A stretch of DNA of 64,000 nt, taken from Candidatus Woesearchaeota archaeon. GTDB lineage: Archaea; Nanobdellota; Nanobdellia; Woesearchaeales; GW2011-AR9. Where the stretch lies: positions 64,001 to 128,000 of the forward strand of contig JABHQW010000003.1 of assembly GCA_018696595.1 (NCBI GenBank), read 5' to 3'. Position 1 is the first letter of the stretch; each line of letters begins with the position of its first letter. Shown piece after piece: positions 18,101 through 27,143 of the stretch. Below the pieces are notes generated by a model that worked only from the letters and a program-made list of their open reading frames with translations, did no database searches and was not told the origin of the DNA. The position numbers were made by a program, and so were the translations under genes.

Positions 18101-20630
18101 AGGAGCAACTAGTCCGGGGTTATATTTTACTGGCAGATCAAATACTAACTCGGTTTTGAGTAATATTATTAACACCACTGGAGCCAGTTCTAAGAGTATT
18201 CAATTAGATACTTCTCTTAGTAATATTATATCACACAATATAATTTACGCCCCTGGTTCTTCTAGTAGAGGGATAGATTTAACCTCCTCTAATTCTTCAA
18301 CAATATTCAATAATACAATTAACCCAGTAAATAATGGCATGGTAATAAGTTCTTCAGTCTTAAACAACATTTCTAATAACACTTTAAACACTAGTGCAGA
18401 CGGAATAGTTTTTATCGGCGGACAGCAAAACATTGTTGATTTTAATTCAATTAATTCTACTTCAGAAGGATTATTCTTAAGTGGGAGCGATTATGGGAAA
18501 TTTAGAGGAAACAATGTTATTTCTGACGCAGTAGGTGCTTTTTTACAAATCGGTGCGATTGGTAATAACTTTTCCAATAATAACTTTACAGTGAGTTCTT
18601 CTGGAACTTATGGTGTAAGATTTGGTGGCACAGATACCAATAACACCTTTGTCAATGATTATATTAATTCATCTGGCACTTCAGATATTTATAGTGCTGG
18701 AAATGCAGGAGATTACAATTACTTTGTCAATTCTAGTTTCAACAAGAACAGCATAACAGCTGCTGCTCCGGGAAGAATTTATGTTCAATGGTATTTAGAC
18801 CTAACTGTTAAGAACGGTTCTTTAACTGCAATTAATGGCTCTTTAATTAACATTAACAACTCATTGAATGAATTTGAAATTAGTAATCTTTACACAAACA
18901 TTTCAGGACAAATTCCAAGACAAACTTTAACTGAATTCTTTAGAAATAGCACTGGACAATTTAATCAAACTCCACACAATATAACTGCAATTAGGATTAC
19001 TCCAACTCCTGCTTATCGGCTTAATTACACTGTAATTAATCTTTCTCAAACAAACAGTACAGCAGTAACTTTAATTCAAAAATTCAATAGCGACCCTGTT
19101 TTGACTAATCCTGCAATGAATTTAACAGTAGTTTATACTGATACAAATCATATTAATGCGAGTGTAACTTATACTGATGATGATTTGGACTTAGGAAACA
19201 TAACTTTTATTTGGTACGTAAACAATAATGAAATTAAAAGAACGTATAATGTTAGCGTAAATGCAACAGTTGTTGTAAGTAACATTTCTTTAACAGATTA
19301 TAATTATAATAAAGGAGATGTGATAAGAGTTAATGTAACAGCTAATGACACTTACTTAACAGTTATGGTTACTAACACCACAACAATACCAAATAAACCG
19401 CCTGCATTAACAATTCCTATAATCTTACCGGGTCCTGCTTACACGAACAGTACATTGACAACAAACACAACTGTGACGGATGCTGACGGTGACTTAACAC
19501 AGTTATGGTTAGATTGGTATTCTAATAATGCCCTTGTAAAAAGTGAGAATTGGGGTGGTTTAGCTAACGGCACACTAAGAAGTTCTACTTTAGCAAGTTC
19601 TAACTTTGTAAAGAGTAATATTGTTAATGTTACGGTAATTGCTTATGATGGAACCAGTTATAGTACTAGAAACTGGTCTGTTAATTTAAATGTAACAAAT
19701 TCAGTTCCTTTGTACAATTTAACAATTGGAAATTTTAGTATGAGTACTAGTGAAGAAACTACTTTGAATTTAAGCACTTATTTTACTGATGGTGATAGCG
19801 ATACCTTAAATTATACTATTGTTAACGTTTCTATCGTTAGTTTTACAATTAATACTACTACAAAAATCTTAACAATTACTTCTAATAGTACGACTGGAAG
19901 TGTTTCTACTTTTATTAACGCAACAGATGGACAGAATTCCACTGCGGGGGGCAATTTTACAATTACAGTGAGTGCCCCAAGTACATCAACATCAACAAGT
20001 CCTGGTGGTGGAAGGGGGGGCGGTCCACCAAAAGTGATTATTGAAGAAGAAGAAGAGGAAAAGAAACCCGTTGAAACGGATTCTGCATTTACATCTACTT
20101 CTTCAAGTGGTAGTGAATGTCCGCCAGGACAAATCTTAATAAATGGTACCTGTGTAGATATAACCGAAGATCCTTATGAGAATTTTAAGAAACTTGAAGA
20201 AGAATTTGATCAAATGTATCCCACTTCTTTCTCTAAAGTATTAGAAGAACAAGTTGGTATGAGTTGTTTAACTCGATCTCCAAACCCATTGTTTAAGATT
20301 AAGAATGAGAATTACATTCTTGCGTTGGAAGCTTTAGGAAATAAAGAAACCGTTGTAATGTATGAATTACAAGGCAATGTTTTGAAATTAATTTGGTTAG
20401 TTAATGAAAAAGAGGAAAAAGAAATATGTACTGAATTAAATTTTATTAATCAGAAAGAAAAAGAAGTATTATCATCAGTTAATAACATCTTAACTCAAGG
20501 TAACAGCTTGTTTACTGAATTTATATGTTTTAATTCAGAAGTTCAATCAATGATCATTATCCAAGATTATGTTATTTGCGATGAATTAGCTAATCAAGAT
20601 TATTTAATTGAAACAGATTTAATGAAATGA
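15123..20630 (+). CDS. Giant surface glycoprotein/adhesin with parallel beta-helix (NosD/CASH-like) and Ig-like repeats
   Basis: 1835 aa; N-terminal hydrophobic anchor; repeated I.NN.I motifs; very dense N-x-S/T sequons; duplicated VQWYL...TEFF module; STSTSPGGGRGGGPP linker near the C-terminus. Confidence 0.8.
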   Translation: MYLDKKGEVVVVVIIALAVIISSFFAINQISDGNMVTGAAIGLGNIKTQASCGDTITSSTTLTENLGPCSNLDGLIIGANNVVLDCAGYKIIGENDLNKYGVKNPQYNRITIKNCSITNFSIGISFSRDSLLSTIINNTLFTNTDGIYIFNSNTTTIINNTIKNQTQHGLWLVGVGDGLIINNLIENNGISDLTTKNGINIDFGDYSSNLTFINNTLYNNSIAIEASVTETRFYNNKFNYTPIINGNAVTIWNTTYDNTTKNIVYGISTGGNWWHNYTGNDTNDDGIGDDANYSITATYKDERPLVSVYQFTKPNSAATFADNLNINSTFNSTNPMTSGSNHSTRQNITFFNSTTRNKYFTVEAYFNQTVGLGSIRFYRNLTAENNVVAIAVDISSATGTAPTHTTYLFNNNSGDGVTVCSFAETLTATNLSCENRTQITSQNITDAVSIKNVTVSLDGDYYKIENLSGTGVLLGSNTSLVIWDETDTNVRYGDALRNPDANTSFFANYTSSLGTAITNGNCTITYNNASAFQMPYDSAKELFVANASNFSGGIEEWNVTCFALYRHTMFLNDSVNISTCPRYVNNDYTLTIDHTATTDCLIINASNVTINGAGYSINGNGTGTGILSTAFRNITIQNINVFNFSYAVFLNLSDNVTISNSNLTEFINYGLLLTNTNNSYFSDLNITGNQGVSSALYVLYNSTNNNLTNCELSSTNPDVAANHQGQLYLLNSTFNRNNMLVTSIGNVFVQWYLQYNITAADGSPIPSAIVNITYNSTITNFSFPVDDESLTTKIIATEFFKNSTNTTYETPTRAIAYAFGFLQTINYTNLTQTNSTLKQMNLSLIPQAPNNDCGTYTTDIVFSGGITYANSTICITVGADNIVINGNGSVIYGNHSSTAYGLYALLKDNVTIHNLTLINFTNYQVYLAGSNNFTFYNSSFRANDTNNLGFFLYYSDDNNITNNTIFTETTNGYGSYSYRSHRNLFSKNRITTKGATSPGLYFTGRSNTNSVLSNIINTTGASSKSIQLDTSLSNIISHNIIYAPGSSSRGIDLTSSNSSTIFNNTINPVNNGMVISSSVLNNISNNTLNTSADGIVFIGGQQNIVDFNSINSTSEGLFLSGSDYGKFRGNNVISDAVGAFLQIGAIGNNFSNNNFTVSSSGTYGVRFGGTDTNNTFVNDYINSSGTSDIYSAGNAGDYNYFVNSSFNKNSITAAAPGRIYVQWYLDLTVKNGSLTAINGSLININNSLNEFEISNLYTNISGQIPRQTLTEFFRNSTGQFNQTPHNITAIRITPTPAYRLNYTVINLSQTNSTAVTLIQKFNSDPVLTNPAMNLTVVYTDTNHINASVTYTDDDLDLGNITFIWYVNNNEIKRTYNVSVNATVVVSNISLTDYNYNKGDVIRVNVTANDTYLTVMVTNTTTIPNKPPALTIPIILPGPAYTNSTLTTNTTVTDADGDLTQLWLDWYSNNALVKSENWGGLANGTLRSSTLASSNFVKSNIVNVTVIAYDGTSYSTRNWSVNLNVTNSVPLYNLTIGNFSMSTSEETTLNLSTYFTDGDSDTLNYTIVNVSIVSFTINTTTKILTITSNSTTGSVSTFINATDGQNSTAGGNFTITVSAPSTSTSTSPGGGRGGGPPKVIIEEEEEEKKPVETDSAFTSTSSSGSECPPGQILINGTCVDITEDPYENFKKLEEEFDQMYPTSFSKVLEEQVGMSCLTRSPNPLFKIKNENYILALEALGNKETVVMYELQGNVLKLIWLVNEKEEKEICTELNFINQKEKEVLSSVNNILTQGNSLFTEFICFNSEVQSMIIIQDYVICDELANQDYLIETDLMK

Positions 20631-20740
20631 AAACATTTATAATAACAAAAATAATAATAACTAAAAAAGACATAAGAAAACGTTTTACATTTTCTAGAGT
20701 CTTTTTAAAATCAAAAGTCTAAAAAAGAGGTTAATAAGAA

Positions 20741-20962
20741 ATGTTAGTGTTTGGTGTTGATATACCTTTGGTAGAGGTTATCTTTGTATTGTCCATTATC
20801 ATATTCATTCTATTAATAGAAGCTATTGTCGTTATTTCTTTGTTAATTAAACAAATGAACAAGACTAAGAAGCTAACAGGTCTTATTGAAAAACTTTCTA
20901 ATACTATTCTTGAGATTAAAAAGAAAGAAATTGAACAACTTGATAAGTTAAAAAGAAGATAA
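20741..20962 (+). CDS. Small membrane protein
   Basis: Hydrophobic N-terminal helix followed by a basic coiled coil; GAGG SD upstream. Confidence 0.6.
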   Translation: MLVFGVDIPLVEVIFVLSIIIFILLIEAIVVISLLIKQMNKTKKLTGLIEKLSNTILEIKKKEIEQLDKLKRR

Positions 20963-21018
20963 TTTGTTGTTTTTATTCTGATAAATTAAATAAGAAAAAA
21001 AAATTAAAAAGAATAGCC

Positions 21019-21729
21019 CTACTTAGGAGCTTCTTCTTTCTTCTCTTCTGGTGCCAATTCGTTAATAATCGGCATCGGAATTCCTGCTTCTTCCATAGCT
21101 TTTCTTGCTTTTCTATTATCTTTGAACTTACTTAAGATATCTTTAGCTTTGGTTTCGTACTCTGCACGTTTTAGTTCAAGATCTTCTTGAAGTTTTTTCT
21201 GCTCTTCTTCTTGTGCTTTAAGCTCTTCTGCAGTTAATTCTGTTTTTCCAGAAATAATCTTTTCATCGAATCGTCCTTCATCAATCGCTTTTAATGCGTC
21301 TGTTGCGGACATTCCTTCAATCATGATTCCCATTGATTGACAAGTTCCAACAATTTCTTTTGCCCTTGATTTGTTGTTTGCCCCTAATAAAGCGTCTTCT
21401 TTCATCTTAGCAACCTTAATGATCTGTTCGATCTTTAAGTCTGCAACTTTATCAGTTAAAGGATTAGCTGCTCCTTTAGCAATACCTGCTTCTTTCTTAA
21501 TTAAAGCAGCTGCTGGTGGAGTTCCAATTTCGATTGTAAAATCTTTAGTTGAATCATCTATAATAACTTTAACAGGAACTTGCATTCCTTTCAAGTCAGC
21601 AGTTTTTTTGTTGATCTCAGACACAACTTGTCCAATATTTACTCCTGCTGGCCCTAAAGCTGGTCCTAATGGTGGTGCTGCAGTAGCTTTTCCACCTTCA
21701 ATTAATACTTCTATAGTTTGTTTTCCCAT
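21019..21729 (-). CDS. rpl11: 50S ribosomal protein uL11 with a charged C-terminal extension
   Basis: GGKATAAPPLGPALGP, VPVKV and GTCQSMG motifs. True start is probably ATG 21729 (MGKQTIEV), not the track's 21801. Confidence 0.95.
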   Translation of the reverse strand: MGKQTIEVLIEGGKATAAPPLGPALGPAGVNIGQVVSEINKKTADLKGMQVPVKVIIDDSTKDFTIEIGTPPAAALIKKEAGIAKGAANPLTDKVADLKIEQIIKVAKMKEDALLGANNKSRAKEIVGTCQSMGIMIEGMSATDALKAIDEGRFDEKIISGKTELTAEELKAQEEEQKKLQEDLELKRAEYETKAKDILSKFKDNRKARKAMEEAGIPMPIINELAPEEKKEEAPK

Positions 21730-21880
21730 ATAATCTTTACAAAGATTATCATTCAAAGACTGCGGGATGCGTTTACTTCGTAAACTTACCCACAAAGTCA
21801 TGCATCATGATATGATAACCTTTCCCTCCGTGTGTTAGGTGCTTTTATTTCACCCTTGTAATAGTAATGCGTAACTTTGC
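21730..21880 (-). promoter_or_regulatory. Long structured 5' leader (or sRNA) upstream of rpl11
   Basis: TATA at 21897-21904, hairpin 21758-21799, and perfect ATAATCTTT/AAAGATTAT hairpin 21730-21749 abutting the start codon. Confidence 0.45.
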
Positions 21881-21918
21881 TTTAAAGAAGGGATTCATTT
21901 ATAAGGTTTACGCAGAAA

Positions 21919-22494
21919 TTATTCTAATAAATTTCTAATTTCTTGAATTTCTGCTAAGTACTGGGGTTTCATCCCTGGTTGTCTAAAACAAAGCTCATAT
22001 TTATCAACACAAGTTTGATACGTTTTTTCTTCTTTTGTTGGCGGTTTATGAGATGTTAATCTTTGAAAATAGTCAAACCTGGCTTTTGCTACTAAAAAAT
22101 TCTTTTTTCTTCTAGACTTAGCGGCTTGACACATCTCATCTAATAAAACATCTTTTCTTTTTCTAGTTCTTTTTCTATAATCTACTAATTTTTTCTCTAC
22201 TTTTTTACCTGTTCTAACTTCTTCTGCATTATGATAATCTTCATTTAGTTTTTCTGCAATCATTGCTAAATTTGGTTTTCCTGCATTTGTTCCAGATTGA
22301 TATCTAAATTCAGACATTCTTGTATATTCGAAAGCATCTTTTATTTCATCATCACTCCAAACATTTTTCCCTTGGACTCTAGCAGACTCTCTTCCTGCTT
22401 CCGCTACTCCATTTGTCTGAAACTCTTCTGAAAATATACCTGTTTCATTCTCTAAAGTACTAAGTCCGCCCATAACTCGATGATCTATGCTCAT
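21919..22494 (-). CDS. Hypothetical protein, possible Myb/SANT-like HTH
   Basis: WSDDEI...IAEKLN...VRT..KV.KKL pattern; otherwise unrecognised. Confidence 0.5.
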   Translation of the reverse strand: MSIDHRVMGGLSTLENETGIFSEEFQTNGVAEAGRESARVQGKNVWSDDEIKDAFEYTRMSEFRYQSGTNAGKPNLAMIAEKLNEDYHNAEEVRTGKKVEKKLVDYRKRTRKRKDVLLDEMCQAAKSRRKKNFLVAKARFDYFQRLTSHKPPTKEEKTYQTCVDKYELCFRQPGMKPQYLAEIQEIRNLLE

Positions 22495-22586
22495 AATTAT
22501 ATCTTTTACCTATTTGTTTTATAAGTCTTTTGTTATTCCTTAGTTACTACAAACAATAATAAACTAAATTACTTTAATTGATCTTA

Positions 22587-23249
22587 ATGAAACTTAAAAT
22601 TTACCTATTCAGACACGGACAAACGTATTATAACAAGAAGCATATTTTTACTGGCTGGAAAGATTCTAAATTAACCGCTAAAGGAGTCAAAGATGCCAAG
22701 AAAGTTGCTCAGAAGCTCAAAAAAATGCATATAGACATTGCTTATCGTTCACATTTATCTCGTTCCAAAGATACTTTGAAGCATGTTCTTAAATTTCACC
22801 CTGAATGTAAAGAAATAATTGAAGATGATAGAATGATTGAACGTTCTTATGGAAAATTACAAGGTAAATCACACAAAAGTTTTATTGAGAAAGAAGGAAA
22901 AGATAGTTATCAGACTTTATTACATTGGCATAAAATCGATCATTTAGAAGGAAAAGAAAAAAAAGAGTTTATTAAAAAAATGGGTGAAGCAGAATTAAAA
23001 ATTGTACGTAGAAGTTATAACGTTGCTCCTCCCGGTGGAGAATCAGTAAAAATGGTTGAAAAACGAGTAAATTCTTTCATTAAAGACCTCTTAAAAAAGA
23101 TGAAAAAAGAAAAAATTAACGTCGCGATTTCTGCTCATGGTAATTCTATGCGTCCATTTAGAAAATATTTTGAGAAGTTAAGTAAAGAACAAATGATGGA
23201 ATTAGAGAATCCCTGGGATGATTACTTTGAATATACTGTTAATGTTTAA
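22587..23249 (+). CDS. gpmA: Histidine phosphatase / cofactor-dependent phosphoglycerate mutase
   Basis: FRHGQT, FTGWKD, ERSYGKLQG, PPGGES, SAHGNSMR. ATG 22587 is preferred to TTG 22578. Confidence 0.85.
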   Translation: MKLKIYLFRHGQTYYNKKHIFTGWKDSKLTAKGVKDAKKVAQKLKKMHIDIAYRSHLSRSKDTLKHVLKFHPECKEIIEDDRMIERSYGKLQGKSHKSFIEKEGKDSYQTLLHWHKIDHLEGKEKKEFIKKMGEAELKIVRRSYNVAPPGGESVKMVEKRVNSFIKDLLKKMKKEKINVAISAHGNSMRPFRKYFEKLSKEQMMELENPWDDYFEYTVNV

Positions 23250-23297
23250 AAAATCATATCCCATAAATCCAAAAATAATATAAACTCTTTCTATCCC

Positions 23298-23720
23298 ATG
23301 AATAAAATGAGAGATACATCAAAACACCCACATGATAAAACATTAAAAGAACATCCACAAAACGATTTAGAAGAAAAATTGGTTAGGGTGCCAATATTAG
23401 GACAACCTAACTTAAAAGAAGAATTAATGTTGATTTTATATTCAGAAGATTTCTCTAAAAATGTTATTGGCCCAGATGAACCAAGTGAACCCCAATTAAA
23501 TTATTTCACTGGATTTGATACTTTTAACGAGTTCAATGAAAAAACGGGATGGGGAAAATATGAATCAACAGTTACACAGAGACACACTCTCAGAAGCTTT
23601 GGATCAGATCAAAATGCAGCTAAAGCATCATACGATAATCTTTGTTCAATGGTAGAATCTAATCAAGTTTACTTTGTTGACAAAGGTGGTTGTAAATTAG
23701 TAACTGATTTAAGCAAATAA
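23298..23720 (+). CDS. Hypothetical protein
   Basis: 140-aa ORF; no motif. Confidence 0.5.
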   Translation: MNKMRDTSKHPHDKTLKEHPQNDLEEKLVRVPILGQPNLKEELMLILYSEDFSKNVIGPDEPSEPQLNYFTGFDTFNEFNEKTGWGKYESTVTQRHTLRSFGSDQNAAKASYDNLCSMVESNQVYFVDKGGCKLVTDLSK

Positions 23721-23734
23721 TCATTTTTCCAAAA

Positions 23735-24094
23735 TCAAGAAATAGTGGTCTGCAATTTTCTCTTTGGTTTCTTAACCTCTTTAAAATACTCTTTCACGTT
23801 GTTAAATTGTTTAACTTCTTTATTAATTTTATCAATGATTTTTACACCTTTTTCAGTAAGTTTGATCTTTCTATTATGATACTCGATCAATTTTTTATCC
23901 TCTAAAGTTTCCAAGTTCTTATATAACGCTCGTTCCTGTTTTCCCATGATTCTCGACGATAAAAGCAACTCGATAAACGCTATTTTACTTGTTCTTAATT
24001 TTAAATGTTTCTCAGAAAGTGGTTGATTTAACGACTTGTAAAATTGTCCTAAAGAGTACAAGATTAGCCGTTGAGTTTTAGTGATTTTAATCAT
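23735..24094 (-). CDS. Winged-helix DNA-binding protein
   Basis: ALYKNLETLEDKKLIEY...IKLTEKG recognition helix and wing. Start is uncertain (track gives 24160). Confidence 0.65.
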   Translation of the reverse strand: MIKITKTQRLILYSLGQFYKSLNQPLSEKHLKLRTSKIAFIELLLSSRIMGKQERALYKNLETLEDKKLIEYHNRKIKLTEKGVKIIDKINKEVKQFNNVKEYFKEVKKPKRKLQTTIS

Positions 24095-24203
24095 TTTTAG
24101 AGTAAAAGACGTTGAAATATAAAAAGATTTAGAGGCTAGATTAGAAATGTTTAAAAACAACTAAAAAATAACTTAATTATCAATTTAAAAAAGGTGATAA
24201 TAA

Positions 24204-24911
24204 ATGAAATTAACTTTAACTAAAAAACCAAAAAATACTATCATTATAGAAGGATTTCCTGGATTCGGATTAATTGGAACAATTGCAATTGAATATTTAA
24301 TGGACCATTTGGAAACTGAAAAAATTGGCGTTGTAGAAATGGAAGAAATTCCAGCCATGATTGCTATTCATCAAAATAAAGTTGTTGAACCAATCTCTAT
24401 CCATTACAATAAGCAATATAACTTAGTTTTAATCCATGCAATTAATGTTGGTAAAAATTTGGGTTGGAAGCTTGCAGAGATGGTTGCTGAACTAGCCAAA
24501 CAAATTAGTGCAAAACAAATAATTTCTTTAGAAGGAGTAGGTTCACCAAATCCTGATTCTGGAAGAGTTTTCTATTACTCGACGACTAACGGAAATACTA
24601 ATAAGAAATTAGAAGACACCGCTAAACCTTTAATGGAGGGTATTATTGTTGGTGCTACTGGGGCATTATTGGCCAAAAGCATGAACATTCCAATTTTAGC
24701 ACTGTTTGCAGAAGCTAAGTCTGGATTGCCTGATAGTAAAGCTGCTGCTGAAATTATTAAGGCATTAGATGCTTATACTGGTTTAAAGGTTGATCCTAAG
24801 CCATTAATGAAACAAGCAGCAATGTTTGAAAACAAACTTAAGACAATTATTGAGAAAGGTCAAAAAGCAGAAGACACTCATCAAAAAAAGAAATTAAGTT
24901 ATGTGGGTTAA
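24204..24911 (+). CDS. Proteasome assembly chaperone (PAC2 family)
   Basis: IIEGFPGFGLIGTIA, IISLEG, GIIVGATG, PDSKAAA, LKVDPKPL; GGTGA SD. Confidence 0.9.
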   Translation: MKLTLTKKPKNTIIIEGFPGFGLIGTIAIEYLMDHLETEKIGVVEMEEIPAMIAIHQNKVVEPISIHYNKQYNLVLIHAINVGKNLGWKLAEMVAELAKQISAKQIISLEGVGSPNPDSGRVFYYSTTNGNTNKKLEDTAKPLMEGIIVGATGALLAKSMNIPILALFAEAKSGLPDSKAAAEIIKALDAYTGLKVDPKPLMKQAAMFENKLKTIIEKGQKAEDTHQKKKLSYVG

Positions 24912-24915
24912 GAAT

Positions 24916-25176
24916 ATGGCAAAGAAAGCAGAACAACCAAAAGTAAAAAAGATTGAAGCCCCTAAACAAGAGAAACATAGTTACTTTCCTAAGTTCTTAA
25001 TTTTTTTTAGTTTGATTGTAATTGCTTTTGCGTTAAACAATTTCTTTAAGTGGTATACTCTTCCAGATTATGTTGTATCTATTGTGTTATTTTTATCTGG
25101 ATTATGGATGTTTAAGATTGGCTTAGAGAAAGGTATGTATAGAAGAAGAAAAGAAGTTGTTAAAAAATATCTTTAA
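24916..25176 (+). CDS. Small two-TM membrane protein
   Basis: Two hydrophobic segments; follows PAC2. Confidence 0.6.
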   Translation: MAKKAEQPKVKKIEAPKQEKHSYFPKFLIFFSLIVIAFALNNFFKWYTLPDYVVSIVLFLSGLWMFKIGLEKGMYRRRKEVVKKYL

Positions 25177-25526
25177 ATTTTCTATTTTTTTCATTCTTTA
25201 TTTTTTAGTTATTAATTGAATCTTTTTGTTATTTAAGTTTTAGTGTTTGCTTGTTGCTTTTGTTGTTTTTTGTGCTTAAAGATTGTAAGCAAGAGAGAAA
25301 TAAAACATTTAAGCAGAAACTAAAGTTTTTAGAATCCGGTAGATGGTATATTTTACAAGAAAAAATATTTTTTAGCACAATTTCTTTTCTAAAACTTTTA
25401 AGCAATTATTGAACTTTCTATGGGGGAAGTTACACCGACATTTTCCTAAAAAATACCAAAAAACGAAGCCCTTATTTCTTTCCAAAGGCCGGCTTATTTT
25501 GGCTAAATGTGGTGAAAGTCGCTAAA

Positions 25527-25588
25527 CGTAACACTTTATACAGAATGTTACGAAAAAAGTAATAAAATATGCCCAAAACGTAACATTT
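25527..25588. repeat. 10-6-10 inverted repeat plus a third arm copy upstream of the tyrosine recombinase (candidate core site/operator)
   Basis: CGTAACACTT-TATACA-GAATGTTACG at 25527-25552 and CGTAACATTT at 25579-25588. Confidence 0.55.
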
Positions 25589-25615
25589 AAATAATCTATT
25601 ACCTTTTCTTCGTAG

Positions 25616-26236
25616 ATGAATGAAAAAGTGGTGAAGAAAGGACATAGCAGAAGCCAGTTTCATCTTTCTGAAGAACAGATTAAACAATTGATAAAACACG
25701 CAGACAAACTAAGAGACAAAGTAATTATCAAACTTCTTGCGTATTGTGGATTGAGACGTTTTGAGTTAGCAAAGATAAAAATTTCTGATGTTAATTTAGA
25801 AACTAACAAAATTAGCATTCGCGGCAAGAAGAACATTGATCGACTCGCTACCATGTTTTCTGATCAACTTGTTGAAGACTTAAAAATTTACATGCAATAT
25901 GTGTTAAACAACGCGAAGCAAGGTTATTTGTTCCCAGCAGTTTCTAGTTTGAATGATAAAGAACATATTACGCCCACCCAGATTAATCGAATTGTTGCTA
26001 AAGCTGGCCATAGAGCACAATTAAACAACCCAATTCCCGAATTAAAGAACATTAACCCCCACATCTTACGTCACAGTTGCGCCCGTATATTGAAAGATAG
26101 GGGACTTAGTTTAGAGGTAGTTCAGCGTGTTTTGGGGCATTTATCCTTTAAAACAACTATGGATTTGTATGGGACTAAGAGTATTTCTGAAATGGACGAT
26201 GAATTAAAAGAAAAAGCAGGCGATTTATTTGACTGA
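25616..26236 (+). CDS. Tyrosine recombinase, catalytic domain only (206 aa)
   Basis: RDKVIIKLLAYCGLRRFEL (catalytic R), IRGK, HILRHS (H-x-x-R), LGH and TTMDLY (catalytic Y). Confidence 0.93.
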   Translation: MNEKVVKKGHSRSQFHLSEEQIKQLIKHADKLRDKVIIKLLAYCGLRRFELAKIKISDVNLETNKISIRGKKNIDRLATMFSDQLVEDLKIYMQYVLNNAKQGYLFPAVSSLNDKEHITPTQINRIVAKAGHRAQLNNPIPELKNINPHILRHSCARILKDRGLSLEVVQRVLGHLSFKTTMDLYGTKSISEMDDELKEKAGDLFD

Positions 26237-26390
26237 AATTTTATTCTTAAACATTTATGATTTGATTAAAGGTTTCTAGAACAATTGTTTTTGATTTTCT
26301 TTTGTAGTTTCTGGTTGGTTTTTAGTGTGAAGTTCTTAGTATTTGATTAAATATTGATTTACTAAAACATCTAATCAGAAACAGCAAGTT

Positions 26391-27113
26391 TCATTGTTGG
26401 AAATAGTCTGGAAAATTTGTAAAAACCCCATCCACTGCTAAAAGTTTTAATCTTTTGATATCTTTCTTAGAATTAACAGTCCAGACATTTACTTTTAGTT
26501 TGTTTTTATGTAGAAATTTAATCATGCCTTTAGTTGCTAAGGGCAAAGATAAATTCACTTCATTAACATTGGCATCTTTTGCTCTTTTTAAAATCAGTTT
26601 TTTAGTTATTGGTAAAATTAATACACGAGAAATATCAAATAAAATTTGTCCAAAATCAGTTACTGTTGACCAATATATCAAAGCTGTTTTAATCCCCTTT
26701 TTCTTAGCCCCTAACAAGCTTTCTTTATGATTAGAAGACATAACAGTTTGTTTAACAAAACGTTCTTTAACAATGATTTCTGCTACTTTCTTAGCAGAGT
26801 TCATTTTTTTTATTTCAACATTTAATTTACATTTATTTCTACAAACTTTAATAACTTCTTCTAATGTTGGAATCTTTTCTCCTTTTCCTGCATTTAGTTT
26901 TCTTAGTTCTTTTAATGTTAGATCTTTTACTTGACCTTTACCATTAGTTGTTTTACTAACATCAGAATAATGAAGAATTACCACCCGATTATCTTTAGTT
27001 AGATAAGCATCACATTCAACCATATCAACATTTAATTCAATTGCTTTTCTAAAAGACCTGAGTGTATTCCCTGGTTCGTATCCACAAGCACCACGATGAC
27101 CTATCTTAAGCAT
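26391..27113 (-). CDS. Glycerophosphodiester phosphodiesterase (GDPD/UgpQ-like)
   Basis: IGHRGA, GNTL, ECDAYLTKD..VVILH, KIPTLEE, LNVEIK, VWTVN, VFTNFP. Confidence 0.93.
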   Translation of the reverse strand: MLKIGHRGACGYEPGNTLRSFRKAIELNVDMVECDAYLTKDNRVVILHYSDVSKTTNGKGQVKDLTLKELRKLNAGKGEKIPTLEEVIKVCRNKCKLNVEIKKMNSAKKVAEIIVKERFVKQTVMSSNHKESLLGAKKKGIKTALIYWSTVTDFGQILFDISRVLILPITKKLILKRAKDANVNEVNLSLPLATKGMIKFLHKNKLKVNVWTVNSKKDIKRLKLLAVDGVFTNFPDYFQQ

Positions 27114-27143
27114 GTTTGAAAGAATGTTTTAGAAGTTATAAAT

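Noticed and set aside
25527-25552. Canonical chromosomal dif site with XerA
   Set aside because: The arms lack the TAA/TTA bases flanking the spacer, and the enzyme lacks the N-terminal domain of XerA. Kept only as a candidate site.
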